A stretch of DNA of 64,000 nucleotides from Parcubacteria group bacterium (GCA_016181765.1 JACOYR010000005.1:18733-82732); one strand, 5' to 3'. Shown: positions 29,365 to 39,202, counted from the first letter of the stretch. Numbers and translations are program-made. Notes: generated by a model not told the origin, from the sequence alone.

Positions 29365-31095
29365 ATGTCTCAGAATAACCCATCCATTGAGGACCTCCTC
29401 AAAAAACAAAACGCCCCGCAACCGGACGAGCTCGCGGAACAGAGCCAGGACGAAGGCGCCGAACAGCAGCTCTCGGAGAAAATCGGGCAGATAGAGCATG
29501 CGGGCATAGAGCGTGAAATCGCGCAAAAGGCCCGGGAGCTCGGTTTGGGGTATATTGATTTTGCCAGTTCACCCATTGACCGCGAGGCCCTGCCCTTGCT
29601 TTCCCGGGAAGAGATGCAAGCGTTGTCCTCGGCCGTATTTTTGAACCGCGCGGGCCAGTTGCGCATGGCTTCCACCAATCCCTCGGATGCGGTTCGGCAG
29701 AAGATGGGCGAGCTCGCCGCAAAGCACTATGCGGAAGCGAAACTGTATCTGATTTCCGAGGACAGCCTCACAAAAGCGCTCCATGAGTATGACCGGATTC
29801 CCAAAAAACCAAAGCCGCAAAAGGCGGTTGCCATAACTGCGGATGACTTATCAAAGTACGAGGCTGATGTTCGCGACCTTTCATCCCTGCCCGAGAAGCT
29901 TTCTAAAATTCCCCTTACCGATGTGATGACCATTATCCTGGCTGCGTCCGTTGCGGCTGAAGCCTCTGACATACACATTGAGGCCGAGGAAAAGGGGATT
30001 AAGCTCCGGTTCAGGCTGGATGGGGTCCTGCACGAGCAAGCAGAGCTTTCGCGCGAGGTGTGGGAGCATCTCATCTCCCGCATCAAACTGCTCTCCCGCC
30101 TCAAGATCAACATTACGGACAAGCCCCAGGACGGCCGCATCTCCATTGAACTGCCCAATGATAAGCTGGACATCCGCGTGTCCACGATCCCCACGTCGTA
30201 CGGGGAGAGCGTGGTCATGCGCCTCCTGCGCTCAAGCGCGGTTGGTTTGCAGTTTGAGGACCTTGGCTTGCGCGGTAAATCGTTCAACGATCTTAAGCGC
30301 GAGGTGGAGCGGCCGAACGGCATGATCCTCGCGACCGGCCCAACCGGAAGCGGAAAAACCACCACGCTCTACGCCATCCTCAATAAGCTCAATGACGAGG
30401 AAACAAAAATCATCACCCTGGAAGACCCCATTGAGTACAAGTTGGAGGGCATTAACCAGAGCCAGATAGACAAGTCGCGGGACTATGATTTCGCAAAAGG
30501 TTTGCGTTCCATCCTGCGGCAGGACCCGGACGTGGTCATGGTCGGAGAAATACGGGATTTGGAAACCGCGGACACAGCCATCAATGCCGCGCTCACCGGG
30601 CATTTGGTGCTCTCCACCCTGCACACAAATGAGGCGTCCGGCGCCATTCCGCGGTTTTTGGCGATCGGCGTTAAGCCGTTTCTGCTCTCCCCGGCGGTCA
30701 ACGCTGTCATCGGCCAGAGGCTGGTGCGCAAGATATGCGAAAAATGCAAAGAGAAGGTTGATTTGGACAGCGCAACGCTCTCGCGCGTGTTTGAGGTTGC
30801 TAAAACCATTCCCGCAACCGCGGGTGCATCCATTGACCTTGCGGGCGCGGCGTTCTATCGCGGCCGCGGGTGTAATGCGTGCCACGCGAGCGGGTACAAA
30901 GGCAGGATCGGCATTTTTGAAATTTTCACCATCACTCCGGACATTGAGAAGCTGATCCTTGCGGGCAACATTTCCGAGAACGATGTCAAGCTCGCCGCCC
31001 AAAAAGCGGGCATGCTCACCATGGTGCAGGACGGCATACTCAAAGCCGCGGACGGCATTACCACGGTTGAGGAGGTGTTTAGGGTCACGGAATAG
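29365..31095 (+). CDS. pilB: Type IV pilus / T2SS assembly ATPase (GspE/PilB family)
   Basis: ASDIHIE, PQDGRI, GPTGSGKTT, LRQDPD, TGHLVLSTLHTN, tetracysteine motif. Confidence 0.93.
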   Translation: MSQNNPSIEDLLKKQNAPQPDELAEQSQDEGAEQQLSEKIGQIEHAGIEREIAQKARELGLGYIDFASSPIDREALPLLSREEMQALSSAVFLNRAGQLRMASTNPSDAVRQKMGELAAKHYAEAKLYLISEDSLTKALHEYDRIPKKPKPQKAVAITADDLSKYEADVRDLSSLPEKLSKIPLTDVMTIILAASVAAEASDIHIEAEEKGIKLRFRLDGVLHEQAELSREVWEHLISRIKLLSRLKINITDKPQDGRISIELPNDKLDIRVSTIPTSYGESVVMRLLRSSAVGLQFEDLGLRGKSFNDLKREVERPNGMILATGPTGSGKTTTLYAILNKLNDEETKIITLEDPIEYKLEGINQSQIDKSRDYDFAKGLRSILRQDPDVVMVGEIRDLETADTAINAALTGHLVLSTLHTNEASGAIPRFLAIGVKPFLLSPAVNAVIGQRLVRKICEKCKEKVDLDSATLSRVFEVAKTIPATAGASIDLAGAAFYRGRGCNACHASGYKGRIGIFEIFTITPDIEKLILAGNISENDVKLAAQKAGMLTMVQDGILKAADGITTVEEVFRVTE

Positions 31096-31105
31096 ACAAA
31101 AAAAG

Positions 31106-31139
31106 AAGGAGTTCAGCTTTAAGGGCAACTGAACTCCTT
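31106..31139. terminator. Hairpin terminator between convergent genes
   Basis: AAGGAGTTCAG/CTGAACTCCTT inverted repeat next to an A run. Confidence 0.6.
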
Positions 31140-31192
31140 GTGGTGCGCGGCGAGCGGTCAAACCCGCAGCCTGCGCGGTTTGCGTGGCGCTA

Positions 31193-31417
31193 CTAGCCCT
31201 CCAGGGCCGCGAGGACCTCATCCAGGGCCCAGATGCGCTCTGCGTCCTCCAGGAGCGCATCTATGATGAAGGGGTGGGCCTTCACGGTGTGGCTGTCAAT
31301 GAACTCAAACCCCGGCGACCACCTGCCGTCGCGGTCCTTGACGAACATGCTTTTGTCCTCAATGACCGTGAGTTCGTCTGCGCCCCCATGCGCGCCTTTG
31401 TACCGATAGTACGGCAT
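31193..31417 (-). CDS. Hypothetical protein (74 aa)
   Basis: GGAGGTG SD before ATG; upstream TTGACA; coding-like composition. Confidence 0.6.
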   Translation of the reverse strand: MPYYRYKGAHGGADELTVIEDKSMFVKDRDGRWSPGFEFIDSHTVKAHPFIIDALLEDAERIWALDEVLAALEG

Positions 31418-31520
31418 AGTTCACCTCCCCATGGGTGCGCTGTGTGTAGAATCAATGAACCCAAACTACAGCCAAAAGTATAGGCCGTAGTTCCGTAATT
31501 GTCAAATAAAAAGACTGATA

Positions 31521-34205
31521 CTAGCCATTTTTTTCTAGTTTACTCCGTGCGTCTTTGAGTTTTTTCTTTTTTTGTTCTACCACGGCTTTGGGCGCGTTTT
31601 TGGTAAACTGCTTATTGGAGAGCTTTGCTTCCAGGCCAGTGATGTACTGCTCAAGATTTTTTCGCGCCTTTGCCAGTCGGGCTTCTTGATCGTGCAGATG
31701 ATCTTTGCCGATTTTGAGGTAGATGTCAAACGAGCTAGTGTGCACCCGGACGTATTCCTCTTGTCCCGCGGGCTTGGTGGGCAGTACTTGGATGCGGATT
31801 TTGGTGAGCCGCTCAACGACAAGCTCCTGTTCTTGGAACAGGTTTTTATATGTTGCCGTGGTGATGGCTGCGTCCAAAATTTCTGCGTAGGGAAGGTTGT
31901 GCTTGGCGCGCAGGTCGCGCAGGGATGTCACAAGCTCCTGGAGCGCTGTAAAGTTTTCTTCAATTTTTGGTTTGGCTAGCTTGGGTTGCGCCTTGGGCCA
32001 CGGTGAGCCAGCCAGAAATTTGTCGTCCGCATCAACCAGTTTTTCTTTTTTCAAGAGCTGATAAATCTCTTCGGTTACAAAAGGGGTAAACGGGTGCAAG
32101 AGCTTGAGGCCGTCAAGCAAAATAGCTGGAGCAATGGTGTGCGATTGCTGTTTTGAAATTTCCAAATACCAGTCCGCAAGCTCGTGCCAGAGGAAGTTAT
32201 AGATTTTTTCCCCGGCTGCCGAAAATTCAAACCGTTCAAAGTACTGATCCACGTCCGCAATCAAATTCTGCAAGCGAGATTCAATCCACTGGTCAGCCAA
32301 GGTGGGTGTAGCGGCGTGGACGCTTCCCGTGGCTTTGACGCTCTGATGCATCAAAATAAACCGCGAGATGTTCCAGATTTTGTTTACAAAGTTCCGGTAG
32401 CCGGCGACTTTTTCTTCGTAGAGCCGCGTGTCGTTCCCGACCGTGGTTCCGATCACCAAGGAGAGGCGAGTCGCGTCCGCGCCGTACTGCGCGATCATGT
32501 CTAAGGGGTCAATGCCGTTTCCCAAGGATTTGGACATCTTGCGCCCCTTTTGGTCGCGCACCAGGCCGTGGAGGTACACTTTTTTGAACGGCACTTCCCC
32601 GAGCGCATACGTGGTCATCAAGATCATGCGAGCAACCCAAAAGAACAGGATGTCATACCCGGTTTCCATAATACTCGTGGGATGGAACGTGGCCAGGTCA
32701 GCGCCCTTCTTTTTGTTGCGTTTGATCCATGAGTCCAGGGTATCGTTTTTTTTGGGCGCATCCAACAAGGTTGAAAATGTCCATAACGCGGACGAGAACC
32801 AGGTATCAAGAGTATCCGGATCTTGACGCAACATTTTGGAACCGCAGTGCGGGCAGGCTTTTGGTTGTTCAATTTGTATAATCGGATTTTTACATTCCAA
32901 TTTACATTGATGTTTGTCGTCGCCGGAGCAGTACCACACCGGAATGCGGTGCCCGAACCAGATTTGGCGCGAGATGCACCAGTCATGCAGATTCTCCATC
33001 CAGTGGAAGTATGTTTTGTTGAACCTATCAGGGATGATTTCAATATCCCCGGATTTCACGGCGCGGATGGCCATTTCCTTGAGTGACGTCTTTTGTGCGG
33101 GAATTTTTTTATCCACATCAACAAACCACTGCTCGCTCACGAGCGGCTCAACCGGGGTATCACAGCGGTAGCACACGGAAAGGTTATGCACGTAGTTCTC
33201 GTCAATTTTTTCCACCAGGCCTTTCTTCTGCAGGGCCTTGACGATTGCCTCGCGCGCTTCCGCAACCAACATGCCCGCGAACGCGCCGCTGTTCTTGGTC
33301 AATTTTCCGTCCGGCCCGATGATCTGCTTGATTTCAAATCCGTGCTTTTGCGCCAACTCAAAGTCCACAAAGCTGTGCGCCGGAGTGATGGTCATGGCGC
33401 CGGAACCGAAATCCATGTCAGCGGCAATGTCCGCGACAAACGCGGCCTTTACGGTGCCGTCAATCCAAGGCACGTCCAATGTCTTTCCAATATACTTCTT
33501 GTACCGCTTATCATCAGGATGAACGATAATCACCTTATCAAGCACTTTGGTTTCCGGACGGGCCGTACCAATCACAACAGGTCCGTACTTGAGGTAGTAG
33601 AAGGGCGCATACTGTTCTTTGTATTCCACCTCGTCATCAGCGAGCGTGCTTTGGCAGCGCGTGCACCAGTTCACAATCCGGTGGCCGCGGTAAATCAGCC
33701 CGTCATTGTGCATTTTGATGAACACTTCCGAAACAGTTCGCGAGAGGCCTTCATCTAAAGTATATCGTTCGTGCGACCAGTCGCAGGACGCGCCCATTTT
33801 CCGCACCTGGTTTTTGATGGTGCTCTGGGAGTCCGCGACAAACGATTCAACCTCTTTCAGGAACGCTTCACGCCCCAGTTCCTGCTTGGTTTTTCCCTTT
33901 TTTTCCAGCAGGTTTTTTTCCACTTTGTTCTCGGTTGCGATGGACGCATGGTCAGTGCCCGGCACCCAGAGCGTCTTGCGCCCATTCATGCGCGCATGCC
34001 GGATCATGATGTCTTCAAGAGCGAGCATCACCGCGTGCCCCAAGTGGAGGGTGCCGGTCGCGTTTGGCGGGGGCATGGCAATGGAAAACGGCTTGCCGCG
34101 AGCGTTCATATCAGGACGAAACAAACCCGAATCCTCCCACTTTTTATAGAGGCCATCTTCAACCTTTTGCGGCTCGTACGCTTTTGGGATGTTTTTGTCG
34201 GGCAT
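31521..34205 (-). CDS. valS: Valine--tRNA ligase
   Basis: PPPNATGTLHLGHA, DWCISRQIWFGHRIP, DTLDTWFSS, KMSKS, C-terminal coiled coil. Confidence 0.98.
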   Translation of the reverse strand: MPDKNIPKAYEPQKVEDGLYKKWEDSGLFRPDMNARGKPFSIAMPPPNATGTLHLGHAVMLALEDIMIRHARMNGRKTLWVPGTDHASIATENKVEKNLLEKKGKTKQELGREAFLKEVESFVADSQSTIKNQVRKMGASCDWSHERYTLDEGLSRTVSEVFIKMHNDGLIYRGHRIVNWCTRCQSTLADDEVEYKEQYAPFYYLKYGPVVIGTARPETKVLDKVIIVHPDDKRYKKYIGKTLDVPWIDGTVKAAFVADIAADMDFGSGAMTITPAHSFVDFELAQKHGFEIKQIIGPDGKLTKNSGAFAGMLVAEAREAIVKALQKKGLVEKIDENYVHNLSVCYRCDTPVEPLVSEQWFVDVDKKIPAQKTSLKEMAIRAVKSGDIEIIPDRFNKTYFHWMENLHDWCISRQIWFGHRIPVWYCSGDDKHQCKLECKNPIIQIEQPKACPHCGSKMLRQDPDTLDTWFSSALWTFSTLLDAPKKNDTLDSWIKRNKKKGADLATFHPTSIMETGYDILFFWVARMILMTTYALGEVPFKKVYLHGLVRDQKGRKMSKSLGNGIDPLDMIAQYGADATRLSLVIGTTVGNDTRLYEEKVAGYRNFVNKIWNISRFILMHQSVKATGSVHAATPTLADQWIESRLQNLIADVDQYFERFEFSAAGEKIYNFLWHELADWYLEISKQQSHTIAPAILLDGLKLLHPFTPFVTEEIYQLLKKEKLVDADDKFLAGSPWPKAQPKLAKPKIEENFTALQELVTSLRDLRAKHNLPYAEILDAAITTATYKNLFQEQELVVERLTKIRIQVLPTKPAGQEEYVRVHTSSFDIYLKIGKDHLHDQEARLAKARKNLEQYITGLEAKLSNKQFTKNAPKAVVEQKKKKLKDARSKLEKNG

Positions 34206-34206
34206 A

Positions 34207-34878
34207 TTAGGCGAGGAGGGTTGAGAGGTACGTTTTACCGGCGGAGCTGAACAGTGCTTCTATGCTCTGTTTCAGGCGCGCGAGATTTTTTTCTTTCGTA
34301 AGGAGCGGCTTGATTGCGGAGAGTTTCGCGGCAGCCGCAAAAGCCTGGCTCGCGAGTTTTGCCTGGTCAATGTCAATGCCGAATTTTTTACTCGCCAGCG
34401 CGGTGAGTTGTTTGATGCCCCATGATTTTTTTTCGGCAATGTAGAAAAGATCAACCGCGTCTTTTGGTTCGCCGCGTTCGTAGAGCGCGAATATCTTGTT
34501 TGCGGCAATGTCTTTGAGCTGTGCGACGCGCACCGGCCAGGGCGCAACCTTTTTTGGCTTCATAATCGCCGGAAACGGGAAATAGACGAATTCAATCTTG
34601 AGTGTTTTGCCGCCTTTTTTCAGTTGGTACTGTTGCCGGTTCAGATGGGTCCGCTGGCTTAAGCCCGCTAGTTTAAGTGAACGCTTAATGCGTTGCATTG
34701 TCATCAGCACAACTTCTTCGGCAATCAAGTCATCGGAAAAAAAATCCAAATCTTCGGACTCGCGGTGATGCAGGTAGTGGGCGGAGAGCAACGTGCCGCC
34801 GGTCCAATAAAAATAGTTCGCCAAATCGCTTTGGCCGATGGCGGCAAGGAGCTGGTTTTGCAGGGCGGTGAGTTTCAT
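34207..34878 (-). CDS. AbiEii-family nucleotidyltransferase toxin
   Basis: TGGTLLS..YLHHRESEDLDFF; ANKIFA..R..KDAVDL. Confidence 0.88.
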   Translation of the reverse strand: MKLTALQNQLLAAIGQSDLANYFYWTGGTLLSAHYLHHRESEDLDFFSDDLIAEEVVLMTMQRIKRSLKLAGLSQRTHLNRQQYQLKKGGKTLKIEFVYFPFPAIMKPKKVAPWPVRVAQLKDIAANKIFALYERGEPKDAVDLFYIAEKKSWGIKQLTALASKKFGIDIDQAKLASQAFAAAAKLSAIKPLLTKEKNLARLKQSIEALFSSAGKTYLSTLLA

Positions 34879-35093
34879 GCGAGCGCGCGCGTTAAAAATT
34901 TTTTCATTCCCGGCGCAAGGGAAAGCCGCGGGAGATGTTTTTTGATGTCTGCCTTCCGCAGCCCTTTCCAGTCGCCCCAGTTGATCCGGCGCGCTAAGTA
35001 CCAGCGCATGACCCAAGGGTCGGAAAAGTCCGCGGCGCTGATGTCATAGTCCCAGACGGCTGAAGTTTTTTGGCGGTTATAGGGGTGCTTCAT
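34875..35093 (-). CDS. Small putative antitoxin of the AbiEii-like toxin
   Basis: VWDYD..WYLARRINWGDW; ATGA overlap with the toxin. Confidence 0.75.
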   Translation of the reverse strand: MKHPYNRQKTSAVWDYDISAADFSDPWVMRWYLARRINWGDWKGLRKADIKKHLPRLSLAPGMKKFLTRALA

Positions 35094-35187
35094 ATAGTTG
35101 AATTTTATCATATTTCAAGCTATAAAACAATGTCGATGCTTAAGATGTTTGGTTGATTTTTTGGCCTTTTCAGACTAGACTGATGAT

Positions 35188-35532
35188 ATGGAAATTACAG
35201 TTATTAGAGACAAAATAAGTCGTGAAAAAGTTCGCCAGTCGGCTCAAGCCAGCTTTGGCGATATGGTTAAGGCGGTAGTGGACATAAAACAAGGCTCTAT
35301 GGCGTTAGGCGGGGAGTGGCACTGCGAAGCCGAGGCGGTTTTATTAGAACACGGCTCAAAGCAGGAAAATTTGTGGGGCATCAATATTTATCCTGATAAT
35401 AATGATGAAAGTTTGATTGCTTTCGTTTCACTTATAAACATTCGACCACGCGTTGGTAATCGATCAATGGAGATTCAGGATCTGATGATTCGCGAAAAGA
35501 TCAAAGGTATTGTGACGCGTTTAATTGTCTAG
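35188..35532 (+). CDS. DUF5674-like protein
   Basis: MVKAVVDI..GGEWHCEAEAVLLEHGSKQENLWGINIYP..SLINIRP..NRSMEIQD. Confidence 0.8.
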   Translation: MEITVIRDKISREKVRQSAQASFGDMVKAVVDIKQGSMALGGEWHCEAEAVLLEHGSKQENLWGINIYPDNNDESLIAFVSLINIRPRVGNRSMEIQDLMIREKIKGIVTRLIV

Positions 35533-35535
35533 ATT

Positions 35536-35826
35536 ATGGATATACAAAAATGGCAATCTATGTCTTGGCCGCAAAAGATGGGTAATATCGGCAGTGAAAT
35601 TACGCGCGCGCGGATATGGGAAGAGAAGAATAATCGTCCAGCCGCCAGGCAATCTTTCGAAAGAGTTTTAGAAATGCTGCAAGCTTCGGCCGGCAATGCG
35701 GAAACTGATTTATTGCGCGAGGTGGTGGCTGATTTGGTTAAAGACGGAGAACAATACCAAGTGACACCTAAAGAGTTAGAAGATTATTGTTTACCTTTTG
35801 CGTTATTGGCGCGCAAGAATGTATGA
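35536..35826 (+). CDS. Hypothetical helical protein (MGNIGSEI.RA family)
   Basis: WQSMSWPQKMGNIGSEITRA..ERVLE..LREVVAD. Confidence 0.7.
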   Translation: MDIQKWQSMSWPQKMGNIGSEITRARIWEEKNNRPAARQSFERVLEMLQASAGNAETDLLREVVADLVKDGEQYQVTPKELEDYCLPFALLARKNV

Positions 35827-37280
35827 GTAAATTAAGCGACAAATATTTATTCGCCCACGAGGAGACGCACATAAATTACCTTTCCATTTTGCTTAATGGT
35901 CGGGCTTTTGCGCACCCCATGTTTAAACATTTTTTTGGGATGCCGTATTTTTATGACCACTGGATGATTTTTGTAAAAGGTGATGAGCGCTGGTATTGTA
36001 ATGCCAAAATGTTTGACGCTGTAAGCGAAAGAGTAGCGCAAAAAATCACCAAAGATAAATCATTTAGCCGTAAAATAGTTAGCCGCTCTAAAATAGTCGG
36101 TAGCCGTCTTTATGGCCAATGTTACGCTGCGTTAAGAGAAATTAAAAAAGGCCAATTGCCGGTCCGCCGCTGGATGGAAATTTTTGAGTTATTTTATCAG
36201 CTTTGCGCTCTGGGTTTGGGAGCGGTAATGTCTGATTTAGAACATAACCGTTTGTCACAAAAATTAGACACGATTGTTAATGAGAAAATAAGCCAACATC
36301 GTCTTAAGCGGTCGTTGGGAGAGTATATTGCCATTTTAGTGCAGTCAGACATGTCGACTTATACACTGGCTGCTAAGAAGGAATTATTGAAGCTAGTTAA
36401 AAATAAGCCAACGGACGCGGCTTTGAACAAATATCTCAAAAAATATTGCTGGCTGAATTATGGCCACCGCGGTCCGGCCTTAACTAAAGAAGATTTAATG
36501 CAACAGTTAGAAAAACTTTCAAAAAACGTTGCGGAGCGAAAAAATTTAACTATGGCGGTTGATCGGCGCGGCCAGATATTGCGCCAGGCGCGGTTGATGC
36601 AGGAGCTGCATTTGTCCGCGGCCGAGAAGCGGCTCTTTACTGTTGCCCGGGATTTTAACGGCATTAAAGCTTATCGGGCGGATTTAATGTTTTTAACTTT
36701 TTACGCCCTCAATCAAGCGGTAAATGCGCTGTCGCGGCAACTAGGCGCGCCAGTGAATGATTTATATTCTCTTTTGCCGCAGGAGTTCTTGGCAGCTTTA
36801 CGGACTAAAAAAATTCCCAGCCCGCAAATATTAAGACAGCGTTTTGATAAATCCGTAGTCCATATAAAGACTTTTGATAAGCTGGAAGTTTTTTTAGGCA
36901 GCCAAGCGGACGCCTTTGTTAAAAAGCATACGCCTAAAACCGGGGAAACGAGCACAGCTAAAGTTATAAAGGGTTTTGTGGCTTCATCAGGCAAGGTGAG
37001 GGGCATGGTCAAAATAATTAATAATGTCAGCGATATCCATAAAATAATCAAAGGCGATATTTTGGTGGCCGCGCAAACGATTCCGCAGTATTTACCGGCC
37101 ATGGCCAAGGCGGCAGCCTTTGTGACTGATATTGGCGGTATCACCTCGCACGCGGCCATTGTGGCGCGAGAAATGAAAAAGCCCTGCATCATTGGCACCA
37201 AGATTGCCTCTAAGGTTTTGCGAGATGGGGATATAATAGAAGTGGATGCAGAAAAAGGCGAAGTAATAAAAATTAAGTAA
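35823..37280 (+). CDS. PEP-utiliser mobile (His-swivel) domain protein with large unknown N-terminal domain
   Basis: C-terminal GDILVA..T.P..AAAFVTDIGGITSHAAIVAREMKKPCIIGT..LRDGD..EVDA; ATGA overlap with upstream gene. Confidence 0.88.
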   Translation: MSKLSDKYLFAHEETHINYLSILLNGRAFAHPMFKHFFGMPYFYDHWMIFVKGDERWYCNAKMFDAVSERVAQKITKDKSFSRKIVSRSKIVGSRLYGQCYAALREIKKGQLPVRRWMEIFELFYQLCALGLGAVMSDLEHNRLSQKLDTIVNEKISQHRLKRSLGEYIAILVQSDMSTYTLAAKKELLKLVKNKPTDAALNKYLKKYCWLNYGHRGPALTKEDLMQQLEKLSKNVAERKNLTMAVDRRGQILRQARLMQELHLSAAEKRLFTVARDFNGIKAYRADLMFLTFYALNQAVNALSRQLGAPVNDLYSLLPQEFLAALRTKKIPSPQILRQRFDKSVVHIKTFDKLEVFLGSQADAFVKKHTPKTGETSTAKVIKGFVASSGKVRGMVKIINNVSDIHKIIKGDILVAAQTIPQYLPAMAKAAAFVTDIGGITSHAAIVAREMKKPCIIGTKIASKVLRDGDIIEVDAEKGEVIKIK

Positions 37281-37285
37281 AAAAT

Positions 37286-38233
37286 ATGCAAAATTTAATT
37301 TTACCCTTCAATAAAATAAATAAATCATCAGTCGCTGCGGCCGGCGGCAAGGGCGCGTCTCTTGGGGAAATGTCGCAAGCTGGTTTGGCTGTGCCGCCCG
37401 GATTTGTAGTGTTGGCCAGCACCTTTGACCGTTTTGTCGAGGAGGCGGATATTGTGGATGACATTCAAGGGGAGCTGGACAAAGTTAATTATAAGGACAC
37501 GAACGCGATTGACCGCGCTTCAAACGTGATTCGGGACATCATCCGTGGTACTGAAATGCCGAAAGATGTGGGTTCTGTCATCTTGAGCGCAGCGAAGGAT
37601 CTGGACGCCAAGTACATGGCGGTCCGCTCCAGCGCGACCGCGGAAGATTCCAAAACCGCGTCCTGGGCAGGGGAGCTGGAAACATACCTGTTCGTCACCA
37701 AGAAGAACCTTTTGGAGCAGGTTAAAACCTGCTGGTCATCCCTGTTTACGCCGCGGGCCATTTTTTACCGCCACGAGAAGAAACTTCTTAAAACCAAAGT
37801 GAGCGTGGCCGTAGTGGTGCAGAAAATGATCAATTCCGAAGTCTCGGGCATCACATTTACTGTGCATCCAGTAACCGAGGACCGCAACCAAATGATCATT
37901 GAGGCAGGCTACGGCTTGGGCGAGGCCATTGTGTCCGGATCAATAACGCCTGACTCGTATGTGATTGATAAGAAAGATGAGTTGATTATGGATGTTTCTA
38001 TTGCAAAACAGGAAAAGATGATGGTCATTAAAGGCACAACCGGAGGTCTCAAAACCGTGAGCGTGCCAAAAGCAAAACAGGAAAAACAAAAGTTAGCTGG
38101 TCCGAAAATTATTGAGCTTGCCAAGCTGTGCGCGAAAATTGAAAAACACTACCAGCATCCGCAGGATATTGAATGGGCTTTGGAAGGCGGCAAGCTCTAC
38201 ATTCTGCAGTCCCGGCCCATAACCACGCTATGA
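37286..38233 (+). CDS. Stand-alone dikinase ATP-grasp domain (PPDK_N / PEP-synthase N-terminal)
   Basis: GGKGASLGE, VPPGFVV, AVRSSATAED, VVVQKM, GLGEAIVSG, QDIEWA, LQSRPITT then stop. Confidence 0.92.
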   Translation: MQNLILPFNKINKSSVAAAGGKGASLGEMSQAGLAVPPGFVVLASTFDRFVEEADIVDDIQGELDKVNYKDTNAIDRASNVIRDIIRGTEMPKDVGSVILSAAKDLDAKYMAVRSSATAEDSKTASWAGELETYLFVTKKNLLEQVKTCWSSLFTPRAIFYRHEKKLLKTKVSVAVVVQKMINSEVSGITFTVHPVTEDRNQMIIEAGYGLGEAIVSGSITPDSYVIDKKDELIMDVSIAKQEKMMVIKGTTGGLKTVSVPKAKQEKQKLAGPKIIELAKLCAKIEKHYQHPQDIEWALEGGKLYILQSRPITTL

Positions 38234-39167
38234 ACATTCACTCTTTCAAACACAATGATTGGACTAAAATCTACGATGGGAGATGGAGTTTTTTGAGTAG
38301 CACTCATTTTATTGAACAGTACACCAGAGAAATCAAGTTCGGCGGCCGGCCGTTTAAAACGCAGTCAATTGTTTTTGTGTCTGGGGGCCGCAGTTCTGGC
38401 TGGATGCGGCAATCGGACAGGGACAGGCTGGGCAATTATTTATCCAAATCTATGACGAGTTTTGGCGGCGACTGCTGGTTTACTACCAGCCGCATATAAA
38501 CATCAAGTATGTCGTGGACTATTTGCAGGAAGATTTACTCAAGAAGTATTTGCCGGATTTAGAGGCTGCTCGCCTGGCGGCGGAGCCGGTTCTGAACCGA
38601 ACAGAAGATTTTATGGTTAGTTTCGCAAAACTGTTGGCAAAACAGACGAAGTATCATTACATGTCATTACTCTGTTTGACCAAAGAGGAGTTGCAGCGTT
38701 ATTTTATTGCCGGGACACTGCCTAAAGAGCAGGAACTAAAACAGAGAAATACGAAAGCAGCGCTCCTGCGTGACCGCAAGGAATTCAAATTTTTTACCGG
38801 CAGGAACGTTAATGCAATTGAACGGTTGGTGCACGCAGGCAGCAAGGCCTCATCGGTGAAAGGGGTAACGGCTTTCGGCGGTAAGGTGTTAGGGGTGGCG
38901 AGGATTGTTCTTGACCCGCGTTTGTCAAAAGGGTTCAACGAAGGCGATATTTTGATTTCCGGTTCAACCAGGCCCGAGTTTTTGCCCTTAATGCACAAAG
39001 CCGCGGCTTTTGTCACGGACGCGGGTGGCATTCTTTCGCATGCAGCCATCACGGCCCGCGAGATGAAAAAGCCCTGCATTATCGGCACTAAAATCGCGAC
39101 CCAGGTGCTCAAAGACGGGGACCGGATTGAGGTGGATGCGGAAAAGGGGATTGTGAGGAAACTTTAA
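38230..39167 (+). pseudogene. Second His-swivel domain protein, frame broken near 38450 (may be an assembly artefact)
   Basis: 5' part MNIHSFK..LGNYLSKS, 3' part YDEFWRR..GGILSHAAITAREMKKPCIIGT..EVDAEKGIVRKL in another frame. Confidence 0.75.
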
Positions 39168-39202
39168 CAGCCTTGACACTATATCATTTACGATATATAC
39201 TT

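Noticed and set aside
37286-38233. Calling this gene ppsA (PEP synthase)
   Set aside because: Only the ATP-grasp domain is present and no pyruvate-binding barrel is encoded in the window
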